From Bacteroidota bacterium (GTDB lineage Bacteria; Bacteroidota; Bacteroidia; UKL13-3), in the NCBI GenBank assembly GCA_947456185.1, contig CANGPW010000002.1:2019-66018 (forward strand): a stretch of 64,000 bases of DNA, read 5' to 3'. Numbering within the stretch: the first letter of the stretch is position 1; the number at the start of each line of letters is the position of its first letter. A program made the position numbers and the translations under genes. A model generated the notes under the pieces. It did not search any database, was not told where the DNA came from, and saw nothing but the letters and a program-made list of their open reading frames with translations. Positions 62,207 through 64,000 of the stretch are shown here, in pieces.

Positions 62207-62938
62207 CTATGGTCTATTAACTAGCAACTCTTCCACTTTTTCCCAATTCAAAACGCTCCAAAAAGCTGTTACATAATCGGCACGTTTGTTCTGATATTTC
62301 AAATAATAAGCATGTTCCCAAATATCTAATGCTATGATTGGAGTGCCCAAATCTTTTACAATTCCTGTCATTAACGGGTTATCTTGATTAGGAGTAGAAA
62401 TAATTTTTAATTTACCATCTTGTTGAATTAACCAAACCCAACCGCTTCCAAATATTCCCATGGCAGCTTTGGTAAAAAACGTTTTGAAATTTTCTAAACT
62501 TTCAAAGTTTTCAGTGATTATTTTCAATACTTTTTCACTTGGAGTAGTATTGGTTTTTAACAATGTCCAAAATAACGAATGATTATAATGTCCGCCTGCA
62601 TTATTGCGAATAGTAACTTGTATATCCTCAGGAATATGATTGATATTTACCAGTACATCATTCAGATTTTTATAGTTCCAACCAGCAATTTTTGCTTTGA
62701 CTTCATTCAGTTTATTTACATAAGCTTGATGATGTTTTGTATAATGAATTTCCATGGTTTGCTTATCAATAAATGGTTCTAATGCATCGTAACTATAACT
62801 AAGTGGCGGTATAGCAAAATCGTTTTCCAAACTAAGCAAAGCATCGGTAATTTGAGCTTCTGTTTTTTGAGTATTTAATAGGGTTGAGCCTGCTAATATG
62901 GCTGCTGATTTTACAAAGGTTTTTCTTGATATTTTCAT
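62207..62938 (-). CDS. sod: Fe/Mn superoxide dismutase with an N-terminal export signal
   Basis: MKISRKTFVKSAAILAGSTLL signal from the ATG at 62938, then HYTKHHQAYV and DIWEHAYY metal ligand motifs. The upstream 64 codons of the ORF are repeat sequence. Confidence 0.9.
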   Translation of the reverse strand: MKISRKTFVKSAAILAGSTLLNTQKTEAQITDALLSLENDFAIPPLSYSYDALEPFIDKQTMEIHYTKHHQAYVNKLNEVKAKIAGWNYKNLNDVLVNINHIPEDIQVTIRNNAGGHYNHSLFWTLLKTNTTPSEKVLKIITENFESLENFKTFFTKAAMGIFGSGWVWLIQQDGKLKIISTPNQDNPLMTGIVKDLGTPIIALDIWEHAYYLKYQNKRADYVTAFWSVLNWEKVEELLVNRP

Positions 62939-63062
62939 GATATTAAATAAAAAACAAATGTATTCATTTATGTTTAAGTATGAAGTATAAATTATGAATG
63001 ATGGAATGAGAGGTGAGCGATGAGAGGTAAGAAAGTATGAATGATGAAAGCTAAACCATTTA

Positions 63063-63120
63063 GTCAGTTTGATCAGAGTTGAGAATAGGTTTGTTGTTTC
63101 TCGACTTCGCTCGAAATGAC
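63063..63120 (-). repeat. partial module copy (H0-type 58-nt hairpin only)
   Basis: The reverse complement reads gtcatttcgagcgaagtcgagaaacaacaaacctattctcaactctgatcaaactgac, the same architecture as H0 of copies A-C but with a degenerate 3' arm. Followed by catacttcat and ctcatc words before sod. Confidence 0.7.
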
Positions 63121-63210
63121 CAACAAACATCTACCAACAAACATTAACCACAACCAACAACCCGAAACTCGTAACTCGACAACTATCAACTGACAACTAA
63201 AAAATAAAAA

Positions 63211-64000
63211 CTATCTCAACAAAGAAACTGTTCCATGTAAATGGTATGTTTTTGTACTAATTCCAATGGCATCTATGATATAAAAATAAACGCCTTCAGG
63301 GCAAGTATCACCATCATATGTTCCATCCCAACCAGGATTGATATTATTGGTTTCATATAATAAACTTCCCCAACGGTTATAAATTTGCATATGGTAATTG
63401 TTTATTCCATAAGAACGAATGGTAAAATAATCATTTAAGCCAAGGCCATCTGTGTTTTGAGGAGTAAATACATTTGGTATAAAAATGGTTTCTTTCTTAA
63501 GTACTGTGATGTCTTTAAATATTGAATCGCTACAACCTTCATTGTTGCTTACTTTTAACCATGTTCTATATACATTGACATCAATAAATTCAAATAATGG
63601 ATCTTTTAAATTACTGCTTGAATTTTTCAAATCACCAAAACTCCAATAATACTTAGTTGCATTCGAACCAGTAAAAGTAAAATAAACTGTGTCGTTAATA
63701 TAAGGATTAGCTGGAATAAATGTAAAATTTGCAGTAGGTTTAGGATAAACTAACATGGTTTTAAAACTACTGTCGGAACAGGTTCCATTACTTATTAAAT
63801 ATTTCACTATAAAACTTCCAACAGTAATGGGATTATACTGATTTCCTAACACGTTTGTGCCTGTATACACTCCACCAGCTTCTATTGGCGTAAATATTGC
63901 TTTGGGATCATTTACACAAAAAACAGAATCAGTGGTAGTAAATGTAGCATCTGGCCTTGGTTTTACTGTTATATTTTTACTCAATGAATCAACACAAAGT
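63211..64000 (-). CDS. gliding-motility-associated C-terminal domain (T9SS type B sorting domain) protein, 5'-truncated by the window edge
   Basis: C-terminus IPNVFTPQNTDGLGLNDYF...IYNRWGSLLY...WDGTYDG...GVYFYII...GTVSLLR, preceded by PKD-like repeats. The reading frame stays open to position 64000. Confidence 0.8.
   Translation of the reverse strand, partial: LCVDSLSKNITVKPRPDATFTTTDSVFCVNDPKAIFTPIEAGGVYTGTNVLGNQYNPITVGSFIVKYLISNGTCSDSSFKTMLVYPKPTANFTFIPANPYINDTVYFTFTGSNATKYYWSFGDLKNSSSNLKDPLFEFIDVNVYRTWLKVSNNEGCSDSIFKDITVLKKETIFIPNVFTPQNTDGLGLNDYFTIRSYGINNYHMQIYNRWGSLLYETNNINPGWDGTYDGDTCPEGVYFYIIDAIGISTKTYHLHGTVSLLR

Noticed and set aside
62939-63130. N-terminal extensions offered by the ORF track for sod (to 63130), adk (to 46989), sixA (to 47979), the CsgG-like lipoprotein (from 39929), the FAD oxidase (from 43529) and DUF4139 (from 10652).
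   Set aside because: In each case an internal ATG gives the canonical N-terminus (signal peptide, lipobox, P-loop or RHA motif). The extension is repeat-derived or overlaps the neighbouring gene.

Overview
Low-GC (roughly one third GC by eye) chromosomal segment whose gene content points to a Bacteroidota genome, probably Flavobacteriia-like. Markers are T9SS C-terminal sorting domains, a PorU-like C25 peptidase, GSCFA, DUF4139, an AAPKK histone-H1-like protein and a type-A RNase P RNA. I support about 55 protein genes, mostly housekeeping (ruvB, gyrB, uvrA, murA, obg, adk, dnaJ, grpE, sucB, tsaC, tsaE, mnmH, sod, cinA), plus secreted or T9SS cargo proteins and one rnpB gene. I saw no tRNA or rRNA, no CRISPR array, no transposase, integrase or reverse transcriptase, and no recognisable defence-system genes. 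The unusual content is non-coding. (1) A ~220-nt multi-hairpin module occurs three times in the same orientation within 1.8-5.5 kb, each copy just upstream of a + strand gene, with a partial fourth copy upstream of sod on the minus strand. Two extended copies bracket an orphan ORF with protein-kinase-like motifs. (2) Short 'word' repeats of 8-17 nt (catacttcat, cacttcgc, cacctcaaca, caatctttc, ttcgaatt and others) fill almost every intergenic spacer, usually in both orientations so they can fold. They run into CDS ends (ruvB, mnmH) and sit in frame inside the DegT aminotransferase gene, reminiscent of Rickettsia palindromic elements. (3) A 46-nt palindromic element and a 2 x 73-nt tandem of terminator-bearing units are also present. 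All functional readings of these repeats are hypotheses. No homology search, folding or covariation computation could be run, and family assignments rest on motifs recognised by eye.
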